DNA from: Vulcanimicrobiota bacterium
Lineage (GTDB): Bacteria; Vulcanimicrobiota; Xenobia; Xenobiales; JADMJV01
Direction of reading: 5' to 3'
NCBI GenBank assembly: GCA_050250895.1
Contig: JBFWNU010000006.1
Span: forward strand, 507,720 to 571,719
Length of the DNA: 64,000 bases
The position numbers were made by a program, and so were the translations under genes. Under the pieces are notes generated by a model. It saw only the letters and a program-made list of their open reading frames with translations. It searched no databases and was not told the DNA's origin. This document shows positions 1 through 10,000 of the stretch, in pieces; position 1 is the stretch's first letter, and each line of letters starts with the position of its first letter.

Positions 1-246
1 ATGATCAAGATCGACCGCAAGTTCACCAAGGGGGTACCCGACGACCATCGCAGCACCAGCATCGTGCTGGCCGCGATGTCGTTGGCCCGCAACCTGAATA
101 TGACCTCGGTGGTGGTGGGTATCGAGAACAAGCAGCAAAAACAACTGCTGATGCGGCTCGAGTGCCAGCTGGGTCAGGGCAACTTCTTGTCAGAACCGAT
201 CGAGGCCGCGATGGTCAGCCAGATCGCCGACCGCGTCTTTACTTAG
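1..246 (+). CDS. EAL-domain phosphodiesterase, C-terminal fragment (gene starts before the window)
   Basis: IKIDRKF...VVVGIE...CQLGQGNFLSEP matches the end of an EAL domain. Confidence 0.85.
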   Translation: MIKIDRKFTKGVPDDHRSTSIVLAAMSLARNLNMTSVVVGIENKQQKQLLMRLECQLGQGNFLSEPIEAAMVSQIADRVFT

Positions 247-1885
247 CCGCTTTATCCAGATATTTCTCGAGCTTCTTGGGCGGCAACGGCGGCGAAAACA
301 GGTGACCCTGCCCAAACTGGCAACCGTTTGCCTGGCACAGGGCCTTTTGGGCCTCGGTCTCGATGCCCTCGGCCAGCGTCTTGAGGTTGAGGCTGCGCGC
401 TAGCGACAGGATAGCCGCCACCACCGTTCGACTCTCGCCATCGTCGGTGATGTCGCAAATCAAGCTTCGGTCGACTTTGAGCAGGTCAGCCCGCGAGCGG
501 CGAATCTGGCGCAACGACGAAAGCCCCGTGCCGAAGTCGTCAATGGCGATGCGCACGCCCTTCTCGGCCAGCGCTGCGAACACGTCACCACTACGCTCTT
601 GATCGACATCAGCGGCCTCTTCTCTGATGTCGAGCGAAATCGAGTTGGGCTCTAGCGAGTGCTGGGCCAGGGTTTCGGCCAGGTGGGCAACCAATCTCGG
701 GTTAAGGAGTTGGCGCGCTGAGAGGTTGACGCTGATAAACAGTTTTCGCCCCTGGGCCTGCCAGGCGGCGGCCTGAGCGCAGGCTTGCTCGAGCACCCAT
801 TCGCCGATCGAGACGATCAGGCCAGACTCTTCGGCTATCCGGATGAACTCGGCCGCCGGCAAGACCTCCTTGCCACGCTTCCAACGCAGCAAAGCTTCGA
901 CACCGACCACCTCTTCGGTCTGCAGGTCCACCACGGGCTGATAGTAGAGCTGGAACTCTTTGCGTTTGACGGCCTGATGGAGACCGCTCTCGATGGTCAG
1001 GCGGCGCTGATGGCGCTCTTGCAGGTCGGGAGTATAGAATTGGTAGCGGCCCCGGCCCAGCTCTTTGGCGTGATACATGGCGCTATCGGCATGCCCCAAC
1101 ATCTGATGCGAGTTAGTCGCGTCGTGAGGGCAAAGGCTGACCCCGATGCTGGTGCCGACGTGATACTCCTGCCCACCGATCTGAAACGGTTCGTTGAACC
1201 CGTCGATGATGCGACAGGCCACGGTGGCGGCGCGGTCCATCACGGAGATGGGCGGGGCATCGGCGGTGGAGCGCTCGTCGCTGAGTTCGGTCAGGAGAAT
1301 GAGAAACTCGTCTTCACCCCGACGACCGATGATATCCGAGCTTCGAATCATACTCTGCAACCGCAGCGCCACCTGGCAGAGTAGCTCGTCGCCAGCGGCC
1401 ATGCCCAGCGCTTCGTTGACCACCTTGAAGCGGTCGAGGTCAAGCACGAGCAGGGCCGCGGCCCTTTCGTAGCGGCGGGCCTGGGTCAGGGTAAACTCCA
1501 TGAACTGGCTGATGATATTGAGGTTGGGCAGACCGGTGAGCGAGTCTTCAAAGGCTAATCGCTCGGTTTCTTCAGCCGCCCAGGCGCCGCCCACCTCTTG
1601 CAGCTGCACCAATTGGCACTGCTCACCGGACCAGTCGATGCGGCTTACCCGCACCATCAAGTTGATCGGGACCTCGTCCAGGCCGTCGACACACACTGTG
1701 CCGCTCTTGATGGGGAAGGGCAGGGCTGTGCCCTCGACTCGTTCGGTGCCCAATAGCTCTCGCGTTTGGCGGTTGCAGTAGCGCACACGCCCATCGGGCC
1801 CCACGATGGCTAACGGATCCAGGTGTTCTTCCACCAGGCTGGAGAATTCGGATTTGCCCACGCTAACGGCTTTGGAAGCCTTCAT
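239..1885 (-). CDS. PAS-GGDEF-EAL c-di-GMP enzyme
   Basis: Likely start MKASKAV at 1885 (ORF-track extension overlaps the upstream gene); DSLTGLPN, DLDRFKVVN, GEDEF, EALLRW, DDFGTG motifs. Confidence 0.92.
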   Translation of the reverse strand: MKASKAVSVGKSEFSSLVEEHLDPLAIVGPDGRVRYCNRQTRELLGTERVEGTALPFPIKSGTVCVDGLDEVPINLMVRVSRIDWSGEQCQLVQLQEVGGAWAAEETERLAFEDSLTGLPNLNIISQFMEFTLTQARRYERAAALLVLDLDRFKVVNEALGMAAGDELLCQVALRLQSMIRSSDIIGRRGEDEFLILLTELSDERSTADAPPISVMDRAATVACRIIDGFNEPFQIGGQEYHVGTSIGVSLCPHDATNSHQMLGHADSAMYHAKELGRGRYQFYTPDLQERHQRRLTIESGLHQAVKRKEFQLYYQPVVDLQTEEVVGVEALLRWKRGKEVLPAAEFIRIAEESGLIVSIGEWVLEQACAQAAAWQAQGRKLFISVNLSARQLLNPRLVAHLAETLAQHSLEPNSISLDIREEAADVDQERSGDVFAALAEKGVRIAIDDFGTGLSSLRQIRRSRADLLKVDRSLICDITDDGESRTVVAAILSLARSLNLKTLAEGIETEAQKALCQANGCQFGQGHLFSPPLPPKKLEKYLDKAAK

Positions 1886-1911
1886 AAGGAAAACTTCGGC
1901 AGGGCCTTTCG

Positions 1912-3228
1912 TTAGCCTCCAAGATTTGACTCGCCGTTCACCCACCGCACCGACTTCGAGCACGGGCAGGTGCCGCCGACGTGAGCCAGGCTGGGAGTGC
2001 GATGAGCCGCTTCCTCTGGTGTGAGCGTGCCCTGGGCCACCTGCTCGAGGTTCTCCAGGTAGGCGCGAAAGTCGCGCCCGGCCAGATAGCTTTCCGGCAA
2101 CTGCTGGCGCAGATGCTCCTGATAGGCTTCGAAGGTGGGGTATTTTTCTCCGTCGACACCCACCAGTTTGTAAGCGTGCATGCCGCGACGGCGGAAGAAC
2201 TCGACGTTGGGGCAGCGCAGCAGATCCTCTGGCTTGACCCCCTGATAGCTCGACCCTTCTTCGGTCAACTGCTGCAGGGCGCGGTCCATCTCCTCTGGGG
2301 TCGCCTCGGGAAAGCGCGCGCGAAGATAGCGCAGATTGAGCCCGGCGATCAGCTTCTCGACCTCGCGAACGTATTCGTCGAGGGCTTCTTGATTGGTCTT
2401 GTCTTTGAAGCCCAGCTTGATGTTGGTCCCGCCTCCGCGCTCGTCGCCGAACATCTCTAAGCCGCGCGGCAACCACTTGTTGATGGCTTTTTGAATCGCC
2501 TCGACCGAGACATAGATTTTGCCCTGGGCGGCCTCCTCCATCCAACGGCGCATGGGAACCACGCCGGCGGCCAGATGAAAGGCTTCTTCGCGCAGCATGG
2601 GGGGCATGCTTTCGGCCATCGGCTTATAGGCGCTGACCTTTTGCATGGCCAGTTGGTATTTTCCGACCCGATCGATCAGGGCGCAGAAAACCACGTTGTC
2701 TACGAACGAGTCGAAGTCGATGTTGAAGGCGCCCAACACGTGCGAACCGGGACGCATCGACAGGATCTCTTCCACCATGTCCTCGCCGCTCTGGCCGACT
2801 AGAGACTTCCAGTCATCCTCCAATAGGAGATGCAACATCTGGTAGCCGTGACGCAATTCCTCGGCCATCATCCGCAGGACCCAGAACTGATCGCGCTCGT
2901 CCTGGGCGCGGGCCAGGGTCAATCGATGTTGCTGGATCGAACCGAACTCGGTGCTGGCCTGGGCCCGCACCGCGCCGAGCAATTGATGGGCCTGCTTTTC
3001 ATTCATCTCGCTTGCCTGACAGAATTTCTTGCAGCCCACCATTTCGCCGACCTCGATGGTATCGGACATGCCGCACTGGCGATAGGCGCAGAGCTTGAAG
3101 CAAGGATCCTTCGGAAAATGCTTGTCCCAATTCTCGGTCAGAAAGCCCAGGTCAGGCAGGAAAGTCTTCTGCCATTTGACCACGGCGTCATGGTATTTTC
3201 CGGGTAGTGTCTCTTCGCGGACCGTCAT
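1912..3228 (-). CDS. BoxB-like/PaaA-family ferritin-like di-iron aryl-CoA epoxidase subunit
   Basis: STE...EELRH...LGAFN...IDRVGKYQL...MLREEAFH parallels BoxB motifs (two ExxH); AGGAG RBS. Confidence 0.75.
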   Translation of the reverse strand: MTVREETLPGKYHDAVVKWQKTFLPDLGFLTENWDKHFPKDPCFKLCAYRQCGMSDTIEVGEMVGCKKFCQASEMNEKQAHQLLGAVRAQASTEFGSIQQHRLTLARAQDERDQFWVLRMMAEELRHGYQMLHLLLEDDWKSLVGQSGEDMVEEILSMRPGSHVLGAFNIDFDSFVDNVVFCALIDRVGKYQLAMQKVSAYKPMAESMPPMLREEAFHLAAGVVPMRRWMEEAAQGKIYVSVEAIQKAINKWLPRGLEMFGDERGGGTNIKLGFKDKTNQEALDEYVREVEKLIAGLNLRYLRARFPEATPEEMDRALQQLTEEGSSYQGVKPEDLLRCPNVEFFRRRGMHAYKLVGVDGEKYPTFEAYQEHLRQQLPESYLAGRDFRAYLENLEQVAQGTLTPEEAAHRTPSLAHVGGTCPCSKSVRWVNGESNLGG

Positions 3229-3231
3229 TTG

Positions 3232-3669
3232 TTACTCCTTGATCCTTTTCTCCAGCGGCTGGATGGTCGAACGTTTGAACCCGATCTTGCGGAAAAAGTC
3301 GCCGATCGACTCCATCCCTTCAGGCACCAGTGTTTTGACCAGGGTAGCCCCCTGGGCCGTGAAGTGGGCCAACATCCTCTCGGCCATCTGACGACCGAGC
3401 GACTGACCCTGGTAGGCAGGGTCGATACCGAGCACCTCGATCCATCCCACCGGCTTCTCGAGACCGAACTCTCCCGAGCGAATCTCGCCCAGCATGAAGC
3501 CTACGACTTTGCCGTCGACCTCGGCCACCTGCGAGGCGTCGGGGTCGCGGCGAATGTAATAGAGGATTTTGGTCTCCCACGCCTGGGGGCGATATTCACC
3601 CTGAATCTTCTCGTCGATTTCGGTGATTTCTTGGATATCGAGTTCCGTCAACGGACGAATGCTGGCCAT
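3232..3669 (-). CDS. GNAT-family N-acetyltransferase
   Basis: LGIDPAYQGQSLG acetyl-CoA motif, FFRKIGF; 3 bp from the BoxB-like gene. Confidence 0.88.
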   Translation of the reverse strand: MASIRPLTELDIQEITEIDEKIQGEYRPQAWETKILYYIRRDPDASQVAEVDGKVVGFMLGEIRSGEFGLEKPVGWIEVLGIDPAYQGQSLGRQMAERMLAHFTAQGATLVKTLVPEGMESIGDFFRKIGFKRSTIQPLEKRIKE

Positions 3670-3682
3670 CGGACGCCCTCTC

Positions 3683-3711
3683 ATTTTATACAAAAGTTAT
3701 ACAGAAGTAAA
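3683..3711 (-). promoter_or_regulatory. Sigma70-type promoter with overlapping direct-repeat operator
   Basis: Minus strand TTTACT-N17-TAAAAT; TGTATAA repeated at 11-bp spacing (3686-3703). Confidence 0.6.
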
Positions 3712-3784
3712 CAGCTCAGGTCAGAAGCACCGCAAGGCCGTTTCTCGGTGCTGTTCGGGCTTCCTCCCGAACCAAACGCTGCCG

Positions 3785-5299
3785 CTAGAGTGCCGAGAAA
3801 CCGTTGAGCATCGTGCCGGCCTGGTTGAGAAAGCTTTCATGGTCCAGGCCTTCGGCTTTGACCTCGACCACCAGATAGCGATACTGATAATAGGGCAGGC
3901 GGCGCACATAGACCGCTTCCAGGGTCTGACTGCTGGAACTCTCTTTGATGAAGGTCAGATCCGCACCGGCAAAGCCTTCCAACGATGTCCAGCGTAGCTG
4001 ATCCTTCTTGAGTGAAAAACTGTTCTTCCAAAGGCTGGGAGCCGTGTCCTCAACGTCGTGGGTGACGGTCAGCTCGGTAAGCCCCTCCGGGCCGTCGACG
4101 TTTTCCAACTCCAACACTTTGCCTCGCTTGGCCTTGGAATTCTTGGTAACGCTCCAACCTTCGGGCACGGTCATCGCAAAGCCGTGGCTCTGCTTGTCGA
4201 GCCTGTAGGACTGGCGTGCTCCCTCGGCTCCCGGGCCGGGCGAGCCGGGGTCCCGGGGTTCCGCCCGGGGATAGGCGGGAGGGCGGGTGGGGTAACGCGG
4301 AGAGGGTAGGGGAGCTGGCGTGGGAGAAGCCTCGGGGGTCCGTTCGGGACGAACCTCTGGTAGGGGAGGCTGCTCGGTTGGCTCGGGGGTGATGTCTGTC
4401 GGAGTGACGGTGGCCTCGGGCTCCGGTTCCAGCGACTCGGTGGGCGTAGGAGAGACAAGGGCGCCAGGGGTCGGCGAGGGAGTGGCGTCGGCGATTACCG
4501 GACCCTGGCTGCGATTGGCCATCCAGACCATGCCCAGCAGCAAGAGCACCACCAGCACGCCGACTCCGGCCAGCGCTTCCATTGGCAAGAAAACTCCAGG
4601 GCGAACCTCGGGGTCTGGTTCGGGCGCCTCGATCAGGGCGGGCGGTGGCAACTCCTCCGGGGTATCTTCCGATTTGCCCTCGACCATGCGGTTGAAGGTG
4701 GCCAACATCTCGCGAGCCGATGAAAATCCCGTTTCATGACTGGCTTTGTCCACCACCGCCGCCAACTTCAGGTCGAAGTCGGGTCGCAACTTGAGCAGGC
4801 CAGCGTCGCCCCGAGGCTTGCCCGAGGCGAGCTGAAACATCAGCCGCCCCAGACCCAGAAGGTCATCCCGGGGGGTGGCGCCCGGCGGCGGTTTGCGCCA
4901 GTGCTCCACCAGCACGCTTTGTTCTTCGCCTACCAGACAGCCGAAGTCGATCCGTCCGTGAACCATGCCGTGGTCGTGAAGAGCTACCAGAGCATGCAAG
5001 ATGGCTCGAAAGCGGTCCAACACCCAGTCCGGGGAGGGGAGCTTCTCGGACGGCATCAAGAGCGCGCCTTCGTAGGGCGGGGTCAGGATGTAGAGCGAGT
5101 CCTGTTGATGCACGACCTCGAGCACCGGGGCCAGGCCCGGATCGAGTTCCTGGCTGAGCACGGCCAGGGCCGAGGCAGGCCGAGGATCGCTGCATTTCCA
5201 CAGGGTGAAGCGCTGACCCTCGGGCGACTGAACGGTGTAGCGACTGCCGTCATAGCAGCCTAAAACGAGATATCCCCCAATGTGATCTCCGCTATCCAC
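3785..5299 (-). CDS. Membrane-anchored degenerate Ser/Thr kinase-like protein with Pro-rich linker and external domain
   Basis: LVALHDHGMVHGRID, DDLLGLGRLMFQLASG kinase-fold remnants; one TM helix; PT/PE-rich stalk. Confidence 0.7.
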   Translation of the reverse strand: MDSGDHIGGYLVLGCYDGSRYTVQSPEGQRFTLWKCSDPRPASALAVLSQELDPGLAPVLEVVHQQDSLYILTPPYEGALLMPSEKLPSPDWVLDRFRAILHALVALHDHGMVHGRIDFGCLVGEEQSVLVEHWRKPPPGATPRDDLLGLGRLMFQLASGKPRGDAGLLKLRPDFDLKLAAVVDKASHETGFSSAREMLATFNRMVEGKSEDTPEELPPPALIEAPEPDPEVRPGVFLPMEALAGVGVLVVLLLLGMVWMANRSQGPVIADATPSPTPGALVSPTPTESLEPEPEATVTPTDITPEPTEQPPLPEVRPERTPEASPTPAPLPSPRYPTRPPAYPRAEPRDPGSPGPGAEGARQSYRLDKQSHGFAMTVPEGWSVTKNSKAKRGKVLELENVDGPEGLTELTVTHDVEDTAPSLWKNSFSLKKDQLRWTSLEGFAGADLTFIKESSSSQTLEAVYVRRLPYYQYRYLVVEVKAEGLDHESFLNQAGTMLNGFSAL

Positions 5300-5346
5300 A
5301 TGGTTAGGTTCGACCAGGAAGGGAGTCGGGTCCTACCCGCGAACAG

Positions 5347-6975
5347 ATGCGCGCCATGCGACCCATCCAAACGATTGCCGACGATCTCCACCTCGACCCC
5401 GACCATCTGGTTGCCTACGGCAACGACAAGGCCAAGCTTCGGCTCGATGCCCTGACTGGCAAGAGAGACGGAAAGCTGATTCTGGTGACGGCCATGTCAC
5501 CCTCGCCGGCAGGTGAAGGTAAGACCACCACCTCGATCGGTCTCTGCGATGCCCTCAACGTGCTGGGCAAGAAGGCCGCCGTGGCCCTGCGCGAGCCCTC
5601 GATGGGTCCCGTTTTCGGCATGAAGGGGGGCGGGTCGGGAGGGGGCCGGGCCCAGGTTTGCCCCGCCGATCAGATCAATCTTCACTTCACCGGCGACTTT
5701 CACGCCATCACGGCGGCCCACAACCTTTTGGCCGCGGCTGTAGACAACCACTTGCACTTCGGCAACGCTCTGGGGCTGGACGTGCGTCGCATTCACTGGA
5801 ATCGCGTGCTCGACGTCAACGATCGGGCTCTACGGCAGGTGGCGCTGGGGCTGGGCGGCACCATGGGCGGGATTCCTCGAGAAGGTCGCTTCGATATCAC
5901 GGCCGCCAGCGAAATCATGGCCATCCTGGCTCTGGCCACCGGCCTTGACGACTTGCGGAGCCGACTGGCTTCGATAGTCGTTGGTTTCGACGACCAGGGC
6001 AATACCGTCAAAGCCAGCCAGCTCAAGGTCGAAGATAGCCTCACGGTGTTGCTCAAGGACGCGCTGTTGCCGAATCTGGTCCAGACTGGTGAAGGCAACC
6101 CGGCCTTCATCCACGCCGGACCGTTCGCCAACATCGCCCATGGAACGAACTCGGTGCTGGCCACCTGGATGGCTCTCGACCACGCCGAACTGGTGGTGCA
6201 AGAGGCGGGCTTTGGCTCGGACCTGGGTGGCGAGAAGTTTCTCGACATCTTCTGCCGCGTGGCTGGCGTGGTTCCTGCTTGCGCGGTGCTGGTGGTCACC
6301 CTGAGGGCCATCCGCTATCACGCCGGCATCGCCGCCAGCGAGATCAACCAGCCGAATGCAGAGGCGGTTCGGAAGGGGCTGAGCAATCCGCTGGCCCACG
6401 CTCGCCTGATGAGCGCGTTCGGCCTGCCCGTGGTGGTGGCCATCAACCAGATGGCCAACGATACCCCGGAAGAACTCGAGATGGCTCTTTCGGCCTTTCG
6501 CGAAGCCGGGTTTGCCGCTCATACCAACCGGGTCTACGCCGAAGGCGGAGCGGGGGGCACAGACCTGGCCGCGGCCGTGCTCGAGGCAAGTCAGCGGCCC
6601 GCCAGCCTCCATCCGGTCTATTCGCTGGACGAGCCGCTGGCCGAGAAGATCGACGCCATCGTGAAGCGGGTCTATGGCGGCAAAGGGGTCACTTTTTCGA
6701 AGAAGGCCTCGAACCAGCTCAAACAATACGAGCAAGCGGGCTATCGCAACTCCTACGTCTGCATGGCCAAGACGCAGTATTCCTTCAGCGACGACCCGGC
6801 TTTGGTCGGCCGTCCTGAGGCCTTCGAGGTCAATATTCGCGAAGTGAACCTGCTGGCCGGGGCCGGCTTTGTGGTGCCGGTGTCCGGAGACATGATGACC
6901 ATGCCGGGCCTGGCCCAGGAGCCCAACCTGGAGCGCATCAAACTGCTCGAAGACGGCAGCGTAAGACTTTTCTGA
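5347..6975 (+). CDS. fhs: Formate--tetrahydrofolate ligase
   Basis: PAGEGKTT, LREPSMGPVFGMKGG, INLHFTGD, GPFANIAHG, CMAKTQYS. Confidence 0.97.
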   Translation: MRAMRPIQTIADDLHLDPDHLVAYGNDKAKLRLDALTGKRDGKLILVTAMSPSPAGEGKTTTSIGLCDALNVLGKKAAVALREPSMGPVFGMKGGGSGGGRAQVCPADQINLHFTGDFHAITAAHNLLAAAVDNHLHFGNALGLDVRRIHWNRVLDVNDRALRQVALGLGGTMGGIPREGRFDITAASEIMAILALATGLDDLRSRLASIVVGFDDQGNTVKASQLKVEDSLTVLLKDALLPNLVQTGEGNPAFIHAGPFANIAHGTNSVLATWMALDHAELVVQEAGFGSDLGGEKFLDIFCRVAGVVPACAVLVVTLRAIRYHAGIAASEINQPNAEAVRKGLSNPLAHARLMSAFGLPVVVAINQMANDTPEELEMALSAFREAGFAAHTNRVYAEGGAGGTDLAAAVLEASQRPASLHPVYSLDEPLAEKIDAIVKRVYGGKGVTFSKKASNQLKQYEQAGYRNSYVCMAKTQYSFSDDPALVGRPEAFEVNIREVNLLAGAGFVVPVSGDMMTMPGLAQEPNLERIKLLEDGSVRLF

Positions 6976-7022
6976 TTGCTTTAAGGGCGGCCTATTAGAC
7001 TCTCGCCAGGGAGACATAATAG

Positions 7023-10000
7023 GTGTTCTATTCCGTTAGCACTAACGCCGCCGCCCATAAGTCGGCTCGGCCCCGCCGAGACCAGCCGAATCCAACCGTC
7101 ACCAGCGGCGCTACCGAGCTGCTCGATTCTCGCACCGCTCCCCCCAGCAAGGCCGGTCACGGCGCTGGGGCGACTTGGGACTTGCCCTCAGGCTTTGACC
7201 CGCAACCCGAGGTCAAAGCCCCGGAAGCCAATTCGGGCTTTCACAAACTGGCCTCGGGAGCCGCACTGGCCTTATCGGTGCTGGGCGTCGGGGTGGGTAT
7301 GGTGGGTGCGGCTGCTCCCGCCTATGCCGCTACCAGCCAGAGCCTGACCGCCACGCGCAGCCAGTCTCCGGTGACTTTCAGCGACACCAACGACGTGGTC
7401 AGCAAGTTCGACGGTGTGCATCAGCTGTATGTCAAAGGCAATAGCCTCTCGGCGGCCGAGATGGCCAAGCTGCAAAAAATTCTCAAGGACTACCCCAACA
7501 TTTATGTCGTCTTGATGGACTACACGGCTGACGTGCAGTCGGCCGACTACACCGTCAGCCGCGGCATCGGCAACAGCCAGGCCTTCCAGGACGTGCGCAA
7601 CGAGGTCACCGGTGAAAAAGAAGCGGCCGTGTTCATGGTCTACTTCGACAGCAACCAGGGCCGCAAGATCTTCATGCGCTCCGAAGAGTTGCCCGACAAA
7701 GCCGGAGTCGGCGACCCCGATTTCGCGGTCAACGGCCAACCGGCCAAGCTGCTGCGGACCTTCCTGCGAGCCCGCGACGCGGGCAAAGATTTTCCGGGAA
7801 TGCTCGAGGATGTCTTTAAAGAGGTCGACTCGGGCGTCAATAACTATGTGAATAATCTGGTCAACGGAGCCCGCGATGGCATCTCGTCGGCCCAGACCCA
7901 GCTGACCTCGGCCCGCCAGAAGGTGGCCGAGTTTCAGAAGGAGCACGGCAAGAACCAGTCCGTCGGACACCCTGACCTCGAAGCCTGGTCGGGTCGCCTG
8001 GAACGGGCCAGGGCTGCTCTGGCCGCCAAAGACTTCGCGGGAGCGCGTAGCCTGGCTCAGAGCCTGCAGCGCGACATCCAGAATGAACTCTCCGCCATCG
8101 GCAGTTTCGAGCAAAGCCTGTCCTCGGCCCAACAGGTGGTCGATCAAGCCGAGCGCAAACTCGAAGAGGGCAAAGACGCCGTTAAAGCCTTTCAGCGCAG
8201 CGAAGGCAAAGGTGGCAGCCTGGGCAGCCCGGATGTGGCCGGTTGGGAAGGCCAGCTCAAGCAAGCGCGAGAAGCGCTCAGCCGCGGGAGCTTCGCCGAC
8301 GCTCGCAGCCTGGCCAATAACCTGGTCACCACCATCAGTATCTATCGCCAGAATGTGGCCGAGTTCCAGGCCGCCCAGACCACCGCGACCGCGGTGGAAG
8401 CCGATCTGGCCAAGCTGCAGGCCGAACTCGATACGCTCCCCGACAACAGCAAAGGCCAACAGGCCCGCCAACTTTACGCCCAGGCAAAAGAACACTTCGC
8501 GGACTATCAACGCCTTCACGACGGCAAAGAGAACGGCTATGCCTCGCCCCTGGCCGTGGCCCGCCAAGAGGTCGCTGAAGGATTAGAGCAGGCCTCGGCC
8601 TCGCGGGCCGAAGCCGAGGCCACCAAGAAGGCCATCATCATCGGCTCGACGGCGGTGACGGTCGGCATCGTCGCCCTCGGGGTCTTCGCCAACTATCGAG
8701 CCCGCCAGAAGCGCAAAGAGGCCAACCAGGCCCTCGAGAACGCTACCGCCGACATCAGCGCTCGCACCCAGGCCCTGGTCGCCTTGATGGACGAGGCCGA
8801 CTATCAGTCGATCGCCCGCTACAGTGGCAAGACCGAGAAGATGGCCAAGGACCTGATCGAGAACGTGACCGACGCCCTGACCCTGGTGGGTGGCGCCGAG
8901 AAGTTTCTCTCTGAGGCCGAAGCCCTGATCCAGCCCAAGAGCTTGAAGAACCTTTTCTTGACCGGCAACTATGAAAAGGGCATCGCCCTGTTGACCGACC
9001 CCGAGACCCGCCTGGATTTCAACTTCGAAGACAGCTCGCGAGCCGTCATGGACAAGGGCAGCAAAGCCGAATCGTGGCGCGACGAACTGCTGCGCAAGGG
9101 GGCCTCGCGCGAGTTCAAAAAGTCGCTCTATGAGGTGTTGCTGGCCATGGCCGAAAAGCGCGACACCGCCCGCGGTCTGCTCGACGAGATCACTTCCAAG
9201 AACGCCGAGATCACGAAGTTCCTCGACAGCGTCGAGGCGGCGGCCAGAGCGGCCGAAGAGCACTCGCGCGCTTTGCAAGAGTCGGGCCAGAAGGACCAGC
9301 TCTTTACCGCCCCGTCGGTCACCGAGAACTTGCTGCCGATGGTCAGCGGCCCAGCCCAAGAAGGCGGCTTGATCGCCCGTGGACGCGATATCAAAGAGTC
9401 GGACCCGGTCCGGGCCTGGGACGAGTTCGCCACCCCGGCCAGGCGGATGACCGGCGAGGCCGAGGGCGTGGTCGATCTAGGCAACTACAGTCGCGGCACT
9501 TTGCTGCCGACGCTGGTTCAGGCCGACGCGGCTCTCCATCCCCATCAGGTGGACACCAAATGGGCCCACCAGGCCACCGGCAAGCTTTCGGACCGGCTCG
9601 ACGACACGGCCGACACCGCCCTGCGCGTCTCGATCCAACAGCCGCTGGCGACTATCCGCCAGGAGGTGGATTCCCTGGTCGGCCAGGTCAAGACGGTGGT
9701 TCGTCAGGATCGTGAGCGTCGCGAGGTTGCCCCCGGCTTGATCAGCGGTGCCGAAGATGACGTGTCCACCGCCCGCAGCCAGATTGACGAAAAGCTCAAG
9801 GCGATGGGCCATTTTGCCAAAGGAAACCCGCAAGAAGTTTTGCGCGAGCCGGGTCTTGACCCCACCGACCGCACCCAGAAGGCCCATCAACATCTCGATT
9901 CCATCAAGCCGTTGCTCGACCGGGGCGATACCGCCACCGCCCAGAGACACCTGGACGGAGTTCGCTCTCAATCCGCCGAGGCCCACCAGATCGTGGCCGA

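Noticed and set aside
1886-2545. N-terminal 220-aa extension of the GGDEF-EAL ORF
   Set aside because: Arg-rich alternative-frame read of the BoxB-like gene; the plausible start is 1885.
5300-5346. THF/ZTP riboswitch upstream of fhs
   Set aside because: The intergenic space is too short and has no recognisable aptamer.
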